DNA of 64,000 nucleotides from Candidatus Bandiella sp. (GTDB lineage Bacteria; Pseudomonadota; Alphaproteobacteria; Rickettsiales; Midichloriaceae): NCBI GenBank assembly GCA_965229725.1, contig OZ245923.1, positions 994,992 to 1,058,991 of the forward strand, read 5' to 3'. Shown piece by piece: positions 31,268 to 41,812 of this stretch (position 1 is its first letter; each line of letters starts with the position of its first letter). The notes under the pieces were generated by a model. It saw only the letters and a program-made list of their open reading frames with translations, ran no database searches and was not told where the DNA came from. The position numbers and the translations under genes were made by a program.

Positions 31268-32312
31268 GGCATTGTAAAATAAATATGGATATATTTTGTG
31301 CTGGTTATCCTTTTTACTAGTATTAGGCTTTTGATACACGGCACTTATTCCCATTATTCTCATCAACCTTCTTACCTTATATCTATAAGCAAATCCCCCT
31401 CTTTTTTTAAATGCATACTCATTTGTCTAGAACCATAAAATGGATGTTTTATATAAATCTCATCTATCTTCTTCATAAACTCCAGATTCTCAGCACTTTC
31501 ACCTTTAGAATTATAATAACAGCTTGATCTTGCTACCTGCAGCAACTGACATTGCTTAGATATACTCAATTTATCTTGATTACTCTTTATCATCTCAAGC
31601 CTCCATTTTTTCCTAGTTTTTCGTATACATCTTGCAAAAAATCCTTTTCAACTGTTAATTCTCCTATTTTTGCATGCAGTTGTTTTACTTGATGTTCATT
31701 TGACACTTCGGACTTATCGTGTTTACCAGAAAATGCATTGTTCATATTATCTAATGCCTGTTTCTTCCACTTGCTGATCATATTTGCATTGATTCCGTAT
31801 CTGGCTGATAGCTCGCTCAACGTCTCTTCCTGTCTGATTGCTGATAGCGCTACTTTTGTTTTGAATACTGCGCTGTCTTTTTCTTTTTACTCATATCTTC
31901 CTCCGATATTTTTATTTGTTTTATATCAGAATTTATCCTTATACTCCTGTCCAACTATCTAGGACCACCTCTCTTTTCCCTAAGCATACTTCCCATCTTT
32001 CTTATCCAGTACACTATAAGTGTCGCTGATATTTCCTCCATCCTCTCTATACTCCTTATTCCAGCACCCTCTAAATACCATTTTAACACCCTTATCTTCT
32101 TCTCAAGCGTATATTTTACTCTTTCATCCCCCTCTCTACACGTTCTTTTGCAGCATTTGCACTTATACCTTTGTTTGTTTTTTTCAAATCCATTTTTTAT
32201 TAACTTGTTCCCAGCACAATGTTTGCATTTTCCACAATTTCCTTCCCATTTAGGTTTCCTTCTCCCATTATATCTCTAATTCATTTTTACTCCACTTTTA
32301 TTTTACAATGCC
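31268..32312 (-). mobile_element. IS1-family element shell interrupted by IS3
   Basis: Perfect 16-bp IR GGCATTGTAAAATAAA (31268-31283 and 32312-32297). 32268-31968 encodes CKHC..IKNG..KQRYKCKCC..YLEGAGIRSIER..WIRK (InsA-type zinc ribbon plus HTH). Confidence 0.85.
31278..31967 (-). mobile_element. IS3-family copy 2 (left IR, orfA, 5' part of orfB; 3' part deleted)
   Basis: Near-identical to 15410-16097; IR at 31947-31967. Confidence 0.93.
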
Positions 32313-32562
32313 TCCATGAGATTTAGCTAATTTATTAGCTTTCCGTCTTCTTGCTTCTGCCTGAGTATCTAATACCTTTTGCCCTACCTTTTTTGCTTTT
32401 AATTTTGCTTTTTTTCCTACTATTACTTCCTTTTCAAATTTTTCTCTATTTTTGATACTTTATCTATCTTATCCATATGAGCTCTTCTTTAGTTAATTGT
32501 TTTGAAGAGCTTATTTTATTATATTTTCAATTCTCTACTCCCCATCTCTTCATATTTATACC

Positions 32563-32597
32563 CTTAACTTGACGCGTATGGTTGATTCAACACTCCC
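32563..32597. repeat. IS-end-like sequence: CTTAACTTGACGCGTATGGTT joined to an IS256-type terminus
   Basis: 21 bp identical to 45554-45574; GTTGATTCAACACTCCC is the reverse complement of the IS256 IR at 63850. Confidence 0.75.
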
Positions 32598-32600
32598 TTG

Positions 32601-32957
32601 TTAAGCAACAAATTGAATGACTGCTATAGGAGCGCAATCTCCTTTTCGGTAGCCAGCTTTGATAACTCTAGTATAACCGCCATTCCTTTCTTTAAATCTA
32701 GGTGATAACACATTTATAATTTTATCTGTCTCTTTTAAGCTCCCACCTAATTTGGATATCAACTTTCTTCTAGAGTTTAGTGAATTATCTTTACCTGCAG
32801 TTATTAACTTCTCAACCACACTTCGCAAGCTTTTTGCTTTTGGCAGTGTAGTGGTTATTTGCTCACAGTTTATCAAGGATTTACATAAATTTCTTAACAA
32901 ACTAGTTCTGTGAGCAGTTCTTCTAGAGAATTTTCTTTTATTTCTTTTGTGTATCAT
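32601..32957 (-). CDS. rplQ: 50S ribosomal protein L17
   Basis: ITTTLPKAK, RNGGYTRVIK, RKGDCAP. Confidence 0.97.
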   Translation of the reverse strand: MIHKRNKRKFSRRTAHRTSLLRNLCKSLINCEQITTTLPKAKSLRSVVEKLITAGKDNSLNSRRKLISKLGGSLKETDKIINVLSPRFKERNGGYTRVIKAGYRKGDCAPIAVIQFVA

Positions 32958-32969
32958 ATCAAAAATACA

Positions 32970-34007
32970 TTAATTATTTTCACCAAGGTAGTCCTCAATT
33001 AACTCCTCAATATTTTCAGGGGGCCAATTTTCAATTTCCATACCAAATTTCAAGCTCATTTCCACAAGCAATTCTTTAATTTCATTTAAAGATTTTTTAC
33101 CAAAATTTGGCGTCTTTAGCATTTGAGCTTCAGTTTTTACAACTAAATCACCAATATATACTATATTATCATTTTTTAAACAATTTTGTGAACGAACAGA
33201 TAGCTCCAGATCACTCACTTTTTTCAGTAAATTTAGATCAAATGGGATTTTTTTCTCTTTAGGCTTTTCAACCTCTTCTACTTCTTTGAAATTTATAAAT
33301 ACCTGCAATTGTTCTTGAAAAATTTTAGCTGCAAGTGCAAGCGCAAGATCAGCTTTAATAGATCCATTAGTTTCAATTTTTAAAGATAGTTTATCATATT
33401 CAGTTTTAGACCCAACCCTACTGTTAGAAACCTTAAATGAGCATTTAGAAACTGGTGAAAATATTGAGTCTATCGCAATAAAGTCATTTCCATAATCTAA
33501 CTCATCGTGCTCACTCGCAGTTTTATAGCCCTTGCTAGAAGTTATGATAAACTCCATATTTAATTTTATATCTTTAGTGGCGTTACATATTACTAAATCT
33601 GGATTCACAATCTCAAAGTCATCTATGACATTAATCATGCCTGCCGTAATTGGACCTTTCTTAGATACGTTTAAAGTAAATTTTTTATTGCTAAAGCCCG
33701 CATTACCTTTAATTACAACCGATTTAAGATTTAAAATGATTTCAACTACATCCTCTTTAACATTTTCAATAGTTGAATATTCATGCTCCACACCTGATAT
33801 TTTTACAGCGCAAATCGCAGTACCCTGCAGTGATGACAATAATATCCTTCTTAAAGAGTTCCCTAAAGTAATACCAAAGCCTTTCTCAAGGGGCTCAATA
33901 TGAAATATAGAAGAATTCTCTTCAACCTCCTCAATACTGTAGTCTGCTGGTTTGATCAAACTAACCCAATTTGATGATATATTAGCTTTCTGTATCTCTT
34001 CGTGCAT
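32970..34007 (-). CDS. rpoA: RNA polymerase alpha subunit
   Basis: [43 protein letters not shown]. Confidence 0.99.
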   Translation of the reverse strand: MHEEIQKANISSNWVSLIKPADYSIEEVEENSSIFHIEPLEKGFGITLGNSLRRILLSSLQGTAICAVKISGVEHEYSTIENVKEDVVEIILNLKSVVIKGNAGFSNKKFTLNVSKKGPITAGMINVIDDFEIVNPDLVICNATKDIKLNMEFIITSSKGYKTASEHDELDYGNDFIAIDSIFSPVSKCSFKVSNSRVGSKTEYDKLSLKIETNGSIKADLALALAAKIFQEQLQVFINFKEVEEVEKPKEKKIPFDLNLLKKVSDLELSVRSQNCLKNDNIVYIGDLVVKTEAQMLKTPNFGKKSLNEIKELLVEMSLKFGMEIENWPPENIEELIEDYLGENN

Positions 34008-34030
34008 CTATAATACCTATTAATTAATAC

Positions 34031-34411
34031 TTAAACTCTTCTTTTCTTAGGTGGTCTAACACCATTGTGCGGGATTGGAGTGATATCTTTTATTGTGGTG
34101 ACATTAAGTCCTGAAGATATTAAACCTCTAACCGCAGAATCCCTGCCATTTCCAGGGCCTTGAATCTTTACTGAAATTGTTTTCATACCAAACTCAGTTG
34201 CCTTTTTTGCAGCAACTTCAGCTGTAACTTGTGCAGCATATGGAGTTGATTTACGAGATCCTTTGAACCCATTACACCCCGCAGAAGACCAAGCGATAAC
34301 AGCACCTTGTATGTCAGAAATAGTAACTATCGTATTATTAAATGTTGCAGAAATGTGTGCAATGCCAATAATAACGCTTCTTTTTTTCTTGTTAGTTGTT
34401 TTTTTATTCAT
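34031..34411 (-). CDS. rpsK: 30S ribosomal protein S11
   Basis: [29 protein letters not shown]. Confidence 0.99.
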   Translation of the reverse strand: MNKKTTNKKKRSVIIGIAHISATFNNTIVTISDIQGAVIAWSSAGCNGFKGSRKSTPYAAQVTAEVAAKKATEFGMKTISVKIQGPGNGRDSAVRGLISSGLNVTTIKDITPIPHNGVRPPKKRRV

Positions 34412-34440
34412 ACTCAGTACTTTTTCTTCTTTAGTTATTG

Positions 34441-34818
34441 TTATTTAGTTACCTTTTTCTTACCAGCAATTGCAACAGCCTTACCTCTTCTTGTGCGTGC
34501 GTTTGTGTGAGTTCTCTGCCCTCTTGTGGGTAACTTCCTTATATGTCTAATCCCTCTATATGCCTTCATATCAATTAGATTTTTGACATTTAGAGATACT
34601 TCCATCCTCAAGTCTCCTTCTACAGAGTATGAGGAATCAATCGCTTCTCTTATCCTTCTCACTTCATCATCTGATAGTCTCGAGACTGGGATGCTTCTAT
34701 CTATGTTGGCTTTTTCGCATATCTGCTTAGATCTATATAGACCTATTCCATATATGTATGTCAGTGCTATACCGACTTTTTTAGCTGTTGGAATATTAAC
34801 GCCTGCTATACGTGCCAC
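34441..34818 (-). CDS. rpsM: 30S ribosomal protein S13
   Basis: [28 protein letters not shown]. Confidence 0.99.
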   Translation of the reverse strand: MARIAGVNIPTAKKVGIALTYIYGIGLYRSKQICEKANIDRSIPVSRLSDDEVRRIREAIDSSYSVEGDLRMEVSLNVKNLIDMKAYRGIRHIRKLPTRGQRTHTNARTRRGKAVAIAGKKKVTK

Positions 34819-34859
34819 GAAAACCTCTTTTCAATAAATTTTGTAGTTTAATGCTAAGG

Positions 34860-34887
34860 ATTCTATATAATTTAATCATTAAGTCAA
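34860..34887 (-). promoter_or_regulatory. Promoter of the rpsM operon
   Basis: Minus strand TTGACT, 16-nt spacer, TAGAAT. Confidence 0.5.
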
Positions 34888-35007
34888 GTGCGTAAGTGAA
34901 TTTATTTATGACGTAGAGGGTATTGAAAGATATTATAATCATATTTATTTTCAAAATTAAATATTTTTTAAAAATTAGTCGTAAATTTGAATATGTAGGA
35001 TATATAA

Positions 35008-37659
35008 TTAACACACATCTTTTTCAATGTTATAGCTACTATCATTGCCTTCTTCCCCGCATCTCTTCAATTCTTGACAATAACCATCCTCTCCACCATA
35101 AGAGTTAATATTGATATTACCTTGTGAATACTGATTATGCTCTTCATTAAAATCTTCAGACTTTTTAATTGAACAAGGATACAACCCCGACTGTGAATTT
35201 AAATTCTTTTTTTGCGTAAATGCCCCGCTATCAGTAGTAATTACACATTCTCCATTCTCAGTAAAAGATATAATAAATGTTTTGTTGTTTGGTTTAGCAG
35301 CTTCTACATTCTTTAGATTAAGCTTTTTGAATTTTGAAACATGTAAAATATCATTTCCTCTGGAGGTATTTTTTTCTTTTCTCGGCGCATCCATTAAATC
35401 ATCTCTATTCTTGCTACCATTATCTCTAGGGGTATTTGCCTCAGTACTTACTTCAGATTCTGTATCTCCTGTATTTTTTAAATTCAACTTCATCTTAACA
35501 TTTTTGGTAGAAATTGTATTTTTCAGGCTTCCTTCTTTTAAAACCTCCTCTTTTTTCTCCTCTTTCTGTGATGCAACAGACATGTTAGGATTTTTGGATT
35601 TATCAGATTTTGATGCAAACCTATTAAAAATATTTTGAATAATTCCACCAGAAGAATTATTACCATTACTATATTTCATCTCATTATTCTCTCCACTTTT
35701 ATCTAATAATGGAACTTCAAGCTCGCTTTCAACATTCCCTTCCTTGCCTTTAAACCAGTGATTTAATTTATTATACATTTTATCAAACATTGGTGGCATA
35801 CAACTGCAACACGGTGTTTCCGCTTCTTCCGTTTCCCCTCCTTTTAAATCTTGAATAAATGAGATATCGTAATTACTAATATTTGTTAAAAACCCATTTG
35901 TAACATTATTTCCACCCGCTGCTTGTTGATTTGTAGAATCAATACCTCCAATCTCCCGCATACCATCTTCATTTACAATGCTTTCCTCCTTATTCTCTAC
36001 TTCAACACTATTATCTAAAAATGTATCGATACCCGAAATATTATAGATTAGCCTACCAACAGCATTACCTTGATACGCCAAATAATATTCATAAATAGAA
36101 TCAAATGATACAGTTGATAGTATCTTATGAGCATCATCCACAGAATAAATATTTATAGATAACGCATCAATAAGTTTTTGAAAAAATGGCTGCCTTGCAA
36201 CATTAAGCCCCAAATTTGCGATAAAAATTGTGTAAATATGCTTTTTCATAGGATCATACTCTGCTTTGCCACTATAGGACCCCAAGAAAATACCAAATCC
36301 TCCAGGAGGTTGTGGAGGAGCTCCATCCCCACCCCCATCTCCATAACTGTCATTATCTTCATTTGAATAAAAATTGATATCGGCATTGTTTATAGTTAAA
36401 AAAGGGAGAGCTATTTGCTTAACCAAAGGCTCTTCTGATTCCACACATACTGGATTAGCATATTCATTGAGTTTTATACCTAATGTCTCTGATAATATAT
36501 ATGGCGTTGTTTCTTGGTAAGATATGTTTCTGCTGGAGGTAAAAGATATAGGACAATGTTGATGCACATAAGGAATCAATTCCGTAAATTTATTATTTGG
36601 AGCACATATCTCATCCGATTTTTTATATATTACCAAAGCCAATTCAATAGGAGATGGTAAAAACGCAAAATCGTACAGCAACGCCTCACTAATTAACTTA
36701 ATTTGAGCTATATTTTTTTCCTTACCCCTTATTTGATCATCGACTTTATACAAAACTAAAGCCGAGCTCTCGCTAATTTTCTGAATATGTGATATGGGGT
36801 TTGGCAACTTCGCAAATGTTGAATTTGTTACCATAGGCGTGTAATTGGATTTCTCTTGCTCCACCTCTTGGTATGGAACTAAATGCTCAACAGGCTTAGA
36901 ATCAGTAATATTTTTAACTTTACTAGCTATAACCTCATCTTCAGAAACCTTTTCAACTACTTGAGGTTTTTTATCTAATTGACTTTTTTGTATAAATTCA
37001 TCAAGTTTCCGAGCAATTTTATTTATTATTTTACTCTGCTTCAATCCTTTTACCCTTTGTTTTTCCTCTAAAACATCATCAACTTTTTTAATAATTTTTT
37101 TTAATTTTTTTCTGAATATTACTCCCTCATCAGGCAATATTGGCTTTGTCACTACAAGCTCAACATCTGGTGCAGGTTGCTTTACATTATCTGCAACATC
37201 CGAAAATATTGGTTTTGGGGGATGAGGTTTACCTTTAAGAGGCATACATTGAGCAACTGTGAGCTCCACATCGGATTTGCACCTCTCCTCCACAACATAC
37301 GCAATATTAAATCTAGTATTATCTGAATAATTAAATGGTAAAAAACTTGGATTAGCAATTTTTACATTATCTTTATCATACTGAGACTCACTATTTATAG
37401 TACCAAATTTATGATCCTCAGAAGCTTTTTCAAAATCATACTTGATATTAGCCAGCTGCAATTCAATAAAATTGGATTTATCATTTGTTAAATACTTGTC
37501 TGCATCTCGTTGTATCAGTTGAAAATCAGCAAACGGATTCTTTTTAGAATCGCTAATTATGCCAATGACCTGATTATAGTTCGCATAATAAGGCATTTGA
37601 ACTAAACTGTTTAGATCAAACAATCTACAAATACTTATTAAACGTTCAATGTGTAACAT
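35008..37659 (-). CDS. Large low-complexity hypothetical protein (883 aa), candidate effector
   Basis: ORF track; no recognisable domain; K/E/N/S-rich, with GGDGAPPQPPGG, PCCSC and EVPLLD motifs. Confidence 0.75.
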   Translation of the reverse strand: MLHIERLISICRLFDLNSLVQMPYYANYNQVIGIISDSKKNPFADFQLIQRDADKYLTNDKSNFIELQLANIKYDFEKASEDHKFGTINSESQYDKDNVKIANPSFLPFNYSDNTRFNIAYVVEERCKSDVELTVAQCMPLKGKPHPPKPIFSDVADNVKQPAPDVELVVTKPILPDEGVIFRKKLKKIIKKVDDVLEEKQRVKGLKQSKIINKIARKLDEFIQKSQLDKKPQVVEKVSEDEVIASKVKNITDSKPVEHLVPYQEVEQEKSNYTPMVTNSTFAKLPNPISHIQKISESSALVLYKVDDQIRGKEKNIAQIKLISEALLYDFAFLPSPIELALVIYKKSDEICAPNNKFTELIPYVHQHCPISFTSSRNISYQETTPYILSETLGIKLNEYANPVCVESEEPLVKQIALPFLTINNADINFYSNEDNDSYGDGGGDGAPPQPPGGFGIFLGSYSGKAEYDPMKKHIYTIFIANLGLNVARQPFFQKLIDALSINIYSVDDAHKILSTVSFDSIYEYYLAYQGNAVGRLIYNISGIDTFLDNSVEVENKEESIVNEDGMREIGGIDSTNQQAAGGNNVTNGFLTNISNYDISFIQDLKGGETEEAETPCCSCMPPMFDKMYNKLNHWFKGKEGNVESELEVPLLDKSGENNEMKYSNGNNSSGGIIQNIFNRFASKSDKSKNPNMSVASQKEEKKEEVLKEGSLKNTISTKNVKMKLNLKNTGDTESEVSTEANTPRDNGSKNRDDLMDAPRKEKNTSRGNDILHVSKFKKLNLKNVEAAKPNNKTFIISFTENGECVITTDSGAFTQKKNLNSQSGLYPCSIKKSEDFNEEHNQYSQGNININSYGGEDGYCQELKRCGEEGNDSSYNIEKDVC

Positions 37660-37770
37660 TTATCATTCCTAACCTCAATAAACTTACATATCCAACAACT
37701 ACCTATAAGTAATATTGTATAATATTTTTGTTTTTTTGTAAATAGTTGGCAGAACTATGACAACTTCATA

Positions 37771-38406
37771 TTATATTTTATGAATCGCTACTATAAAAAT
37801 TTCCGATGAATCCTTATAACTAGCTTCAGGCTTAAAAAAATGCACTTCTTTAAAATGCAGCCTCAATTTATTGAAAAATTCTTTTGTTTTATTTCCCTCA
37901 AATAGCTTTATAACAAGCGATCCTTTTTTGTCTAAAAAATTTTCAGAAAATAAAAAGACTGATTCAGCTAAATTCATAATATTTATGTGATTCATGCTTC
38001 TAGTACCACTTGTGTTTGGCGCCATATCACTGCAAATTAAATTAAATTTATTTACTGATAACATGTCATCCAATTTTTCCCATACCTCACTTGAGGTGAA
38101 ATCTCCTTGAATGATTTTAGTATTTTCTATGGCCTCAATCTCCTTTAAATCAACCCCGATGAGCAGAGCATTTGTTTTACTAAATCTACTAATATACTGA
38201 AGCCATGATCCTGGCGCTGCACCCAGATCTAAAATAAATTTCGCTCCTTTGAGGAGTTTAAATTTTTGATTTATGGCATCAAGTTTATATGCAGCCCTTG
38301 AACGAAAATTGTTCTGTTTAGCTAGTTTACTAAACCTATCACTAGCATTTCTACCTATCCATTTAGTAGATGATTGTGTAGCTTTTGCTCTGATGTTTTT
38401 TTTCAA
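37771..38406 (-). CDS. rlmE: 23S rRNA methyltransferase RlmE
   Basis: FRSRAAYKL, DLGAAPGSW, SDMAPN, VIKLF. Confidence 0.96.
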   Translation of the reverse strand: MKKNIRAKATQSSTKWIGRNASDRFSKLAKQNNFRSRAAYKLDAINQKFKLLKGAKFILDLGAAPGSWLQYISRFSKTNALLIGVDLKEIEAIENTKIIQGDFTSSEVWEKLDDMLSVNKFNLICSDMAPNTSGTRSMNHINIMNLAESVFLFSENFLDKKGSLVIKLFEGNKTKEFFNKLRLHFKEVHFFKPEASYKDSSEIFIVAIHKI

Positions 38407-39056
38407 ATTACCTTGCTCTTAACAAATTTTTCATGAATCAGAGTGGCAACAAAGTCATTTAAACCAATCCTTCTTTCTTTTCTAAGCCTTTCTGATCTTA
38501 AAATAGACATTAATTTTTCTATACTCTGATCAATATCCCTGTTGATGATAATGTAGTCATATTCATGCCAATGGCTTATCTCCTCATCGGATCTCAACAT
38601 TCTTTGCTCTATTATTTTTGGCTTGTCCTGATTTCTTAACTCCAATCTCTCCACCAATTCTTTTTTAGATGGTGGCAACAAAAAAACACTAGTTACATCA
38701 GCCCTGGCAATGGCTGATAGTTGTCTATGACCCTGCCAATCTATATCAAATAAAACATCCTCACCTTTGTCTAATTTTTCAAGAACTTGTTTTTTAGGTG
38801 TGCCATAAAACTCACCAAAAATTTCTGCATATTCTAAAAATTCATCATTCTCAATTTGCTTTTTAAACTCCTCGCAACTTATAAAATAATAATGAACACC
38901 GTCCACTTCATTTGGCCTTTTCTTTCTAGTTGTACAGGATATTGATAAAGAAATATGGCTATCATTCTCTATAATATAGTTTGCTAATGTCGTTTTGCCA
39001 GTTCCTGATGGTGCTGATAAAATAAACATCAAGCCACGTCTTTTAATATTAATCAC
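38403..39056 (-). CDS. gmk: Guanylate kinase
   Basis: SAPSGTGKTT, TTRKKRPNE, FYGTP. Confidence 0.97.
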   Translation of the reverse strand: MINIKRRGLMFILSAPSGTGKTTLANYIIENDSHISLSISCTTRKKRPNEVDGVHYYFISCEEFKKQIENDEFLEYAEIFGEFYGTPKKQVLEKLDKGEDVLFDIDWQGHRQLSAIARADVTSVFLLPPSKKELVERLELRNQDKPKIIEQRMLRSDEEISHWHEYDYIIINRDIDQSIEKLMSILRSERLRKERRIGLNDFVATLIHEKFVKSKVI

Positions 39057-39080
39057 TAGAAATAAGTTTCAAATTTAAAA

Positions 39081-40040
39081 TTAATTTGCACTATAACAAC
39101 TTTTTACTTTTGTTTCAATTTTATCCACAATTATTTTTCCAACATTAATACCATATAAATTTTTAATGGCAACCAAGCCTGTTGGAGAAGTTACATTTAT
39201 TTCAATCAGTTTCTCATCAATTATATCAATTCCCACTAAGAACAAATTTTTATCTTTCAAAAATTTCCCCACCTCATTACATAATTTTTGCTCCTCTTGA
39301 GTCAAAGAAGTTTTATATGATTTTCCTCCCACTATCATATTAACTCTGAATTCTCCCGGCTTTGCTTTTCTGTTAATAATTCCTAAAATTTCCCCATCTA
39401 AGAACATAACTCTCTTGTCACCAAAATCTCTTACATTTGGTAAATATTCCTGCAACATTACATATCCCTGTTCTTCTACTATGTCTTCTATTGCTTTCTC
39501 TATATTTTGAGTATTATATTCTATTTTTATAACTCCCTGTCCTGCGCAATCATAAAGTGGCTTCAATATTGCAACATTATGCCTCTCTATAAAATCTTTT
39601 ATTTTATTAGTATTTGAAGATACCATGGTATCTGGTATGTAATCTTTAAAATTCAAAATACTTAATTTTTCAGTTACATCCCTTATTGATCTCGGATCAT
39701 TCAATATTAAAGTATGCTTCAGTGTTTCAATTAAATATGTAATAGTTAAATATTGCTGATTGAAAGGCGGTATCTGCCTAATAAAAATAATGTCAAAATT
39801 TTCAAGCAACATTTTCTCTGAATTTAACTCAATGATGTTTTGGCCTTCATAGTCTATTTGAAAATACTTCCCCTTGGCATATAACTGATCATTTTCAAAA
39901 ATTAAACTTTGAGGTAAAAAATAAAATAATTTATAACCTCTAATCTGAAACTCATTCGCTATTAATAATGTAGAATCTGATGTGAAATCTAAATTCTCAA
40001 TCGGGTCAATGAGGAAAGCTACAGATTTATTTTGTTCCAT
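39081..40040 (-). CDS. gshB: Glutathione synthetase
   Basis: FIRQIPPF, KPLYDCAGQGV, GDKRV, EINVTSPTG. Confidence 0.95.
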   Translation of the reverse strand: MEQNKSVAFLIDPIENLDFTSDSTLLIANEFQIRGYKLFYFLPQSLIFENDQLYAKGKYFQIDYEGQNIIELNSEKMLLENFDIIFIRQIPPFNQQYLTITYLIETLKHTLILNDPRSIRDVTEKLSILNFKDYIPDTMVSSNTNKIKDFIERHNVAILKPLYDCAGQGVIKIEYNTQNIEKAIEDIVEEQGYVMLQEYLPNVRDFGDKRVMFLDGEILGIINRKAKPGEFRVNMIVGGKSYKTSLTQEEQKLCNEVGKFLKDKNLFLVGIDIIDEKLIEINVTSPTGLVAIKNLYGINVGKIIVDKIETKVKSCYSAN

Positions 40041-40115
40041 TATTATATAATATTTATTTAAAATTTAGTACGTTAATTTGATCTTAAGGTTATTGCACCA
40101 GATAGAAAGTAAATG

Positions 40116-40808
40116 TTACCTTACCTCAGTTTTAAAACTTTTTTTAAGTTCATCAACCTGATATTTATACTCATTGCCTTTAAATATATAATTTCCAGCT
40201 ATTGCGAGATTTGCACCATTCTTTGCACACTCTTTCAATGTGTCAGGATTAATCCCTCCATCAACGCCTATATCAATATTTACCTTCTTGCTCGTCATTA
40301 TACTAAGGTTATGAATTTTTTTTAATTGACTATTTAAAAATTTTTGACCACCAAACCCTGGATTAACCGTCATCACAAGTATTTCATCAAGCTTTTCATA
40401 TATGTATTCTAGTACAGATTCATGAGTGGAAGGTATAATAGAGATTCCAACTTTTACTCCCTTGTTTTTAATATGATCAATCAGCCTATCACAGTGAGTT
40501 ACTGTTTCTTGGTGAAATATTATCATATCACTTCCCGCTTCTATAAATTCATCAACATATTTTTCTGGATTGCTAATCATCAAATGAGTTTTTAGCGGAA
40601 TTGTACTTTCGTTTTTTATAGTTTTGACAATATCAGGTCCAAAACTTATATTTGGAACAAAATGACCATCCATTATATCCAAATGAATGGAATCAGCTCC
40701 AGAGTTAGATATACTTTTTATTTCTTCTCTGAGTATTGCAAAATTAGCAGCAAGGATTGATGCTGATATCTTGTTTTTTTTCATGTTACCATTTAATATG
40801 TTTTGCAC
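40116..40808 (-). CDS. rpe: Ribulose-phosphate 3-epimerase
   Basis: HLDIMDGHFVPN, MTVNPGFGGQ, VDGGIN. Confidence 0.97.
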   Translation of the reverse strand: MQNILNGNMKKNKISASILAANFAILREEIKSISNSGADSIHLDIMDGHFVPNISFGPDIVKTIKNESTIPLKTHLMISNPEKYVDEFIEAGSDMIIFHQETVTHCDRLIDHIKNKGVKVGISIIPSTHESVLEYIYEKLDEILVMTVNPGFGGQKFLNSQLKKIHNLSIMTSKKVNIDIGVDGGINPDTLKECAKNGANLAIAGNYIFKGNEYKYQVDELKKSFKTEVR

Positions 40809-40872
40809 TTGCTAATTATTTACCATATATTGATGAAATATTCGCATAATTTTTAATATTACATAGATAAAT

Positions 40873-41805
40873 ATGAATAACAGTTGGCTGTATAGTATTC
40901 AAAATGTTACGGAATTGACAGCAATTGCATGTTATAATTGGATTGGTAGGGGAGATAATATCTCTGCAGATAAAGCAGCAGTTGATGCTATGAGACAAGA
41001 GCTAAATAAATTGTCCATGAGTGGTAAGATTGCAATAGGTGAAGGGGAGAGAGATAAGGCTCCAATGCTATATATTGGAGAAGAATTAGGAAAGGGAGGT
41101 GAAAAAATTGATATTGCCGTTGATCCTCTTGAAGGAACAACTATATGCGCAAGAGCAGATTCTGGTTCTATGGCAGTTATAGCAATAAGCTCAGAAGACT
41201 CTTTTTTATGTGCTCCAGATTTATACATGCAGAAGATTGCTATTGGTGCAAAGTATCCCAAAAACATTATTGACATTAATAACAGTGCTAAAGAAAATAT
41301 ATTGAATTTAGCAAAATATAAAAAGTGTGATCCTAGTGATATAGTTGTAATGATGCTAGATAGAGAGAGGCATCAAAGCATAATTGAAGAAATCAGAACT
41401 GTTGGCTCCAAAATTCAACTAATTGGAGATGGAGATATTTCTGCCGTTATAGCAGCTACTGTTCCTGAGAATGATGTTGATATATATATCGGAACAGGCG
41501 GTGCTCCTGAGGGCGTTTTAGCGGCTTCAGCATTAAAGTGCATCGGGGGCAGAATGCAAGGAAAATTGCTATTTAAAAATAATGACCAGATACTTAGAGC
41601 TAAAGAAATGGGAGTTACTGATATAAATCAAGTTTATGAAGTGGATGATCTGGTAAAAAAAGATGTTATTTTTGCTGCAGCTGGGGTAACAGATGGATTA
41701 TTAGTGACTGGTGTAAAGAAATATCACAACCAATTTATCACAGAAACTTTGCTATTAAATTCTGCTCAAAAAATGTCATATAAAGTTAAGACAACCAGAT
41801 ATTAA
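40873..41805 (+). CDS. glpX: Class II fructose-1,6-bisphosphatase
   Basis: IGEGERDKAPML, DPLEGT, GTGGAPEGV. Confidence 0.97.
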   Translation: MNNSWLYSIQNVTELTAIACYNWIGRGDNISADKAAVDAMRQELNKLSMSGKIAIGEGERDKAPMLYIGEELGKGGEKIDIAVDPLEGTTICARADSGSMAVIAISSEDSFLCAPDLYMQKIAIGAKYPKNIIDINNSAKENILNLAKYKKCDPSDIVVMMLDRERHQSIIEEIRTVGSKIQLIGDGDISAVIAATVPENDVDIYIGTGGAPEGVLAASALKCIGGRMQGKLLFKNNDQILRAKEMGVTDINQVYEVDDLVKKDVIFAAAGVTDGLLVTGVKKYHNQFITETLLLNSAQKMSYKVKTTRY

Positions 41806-41812
41806 TTTTTAT

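Noticed and set aside
35008-35025. C-terminal KDVC as a prenylation (CaaX) signal
   Set aside because: The Cys is the last residue, not at -4, and there is no CC or CxC
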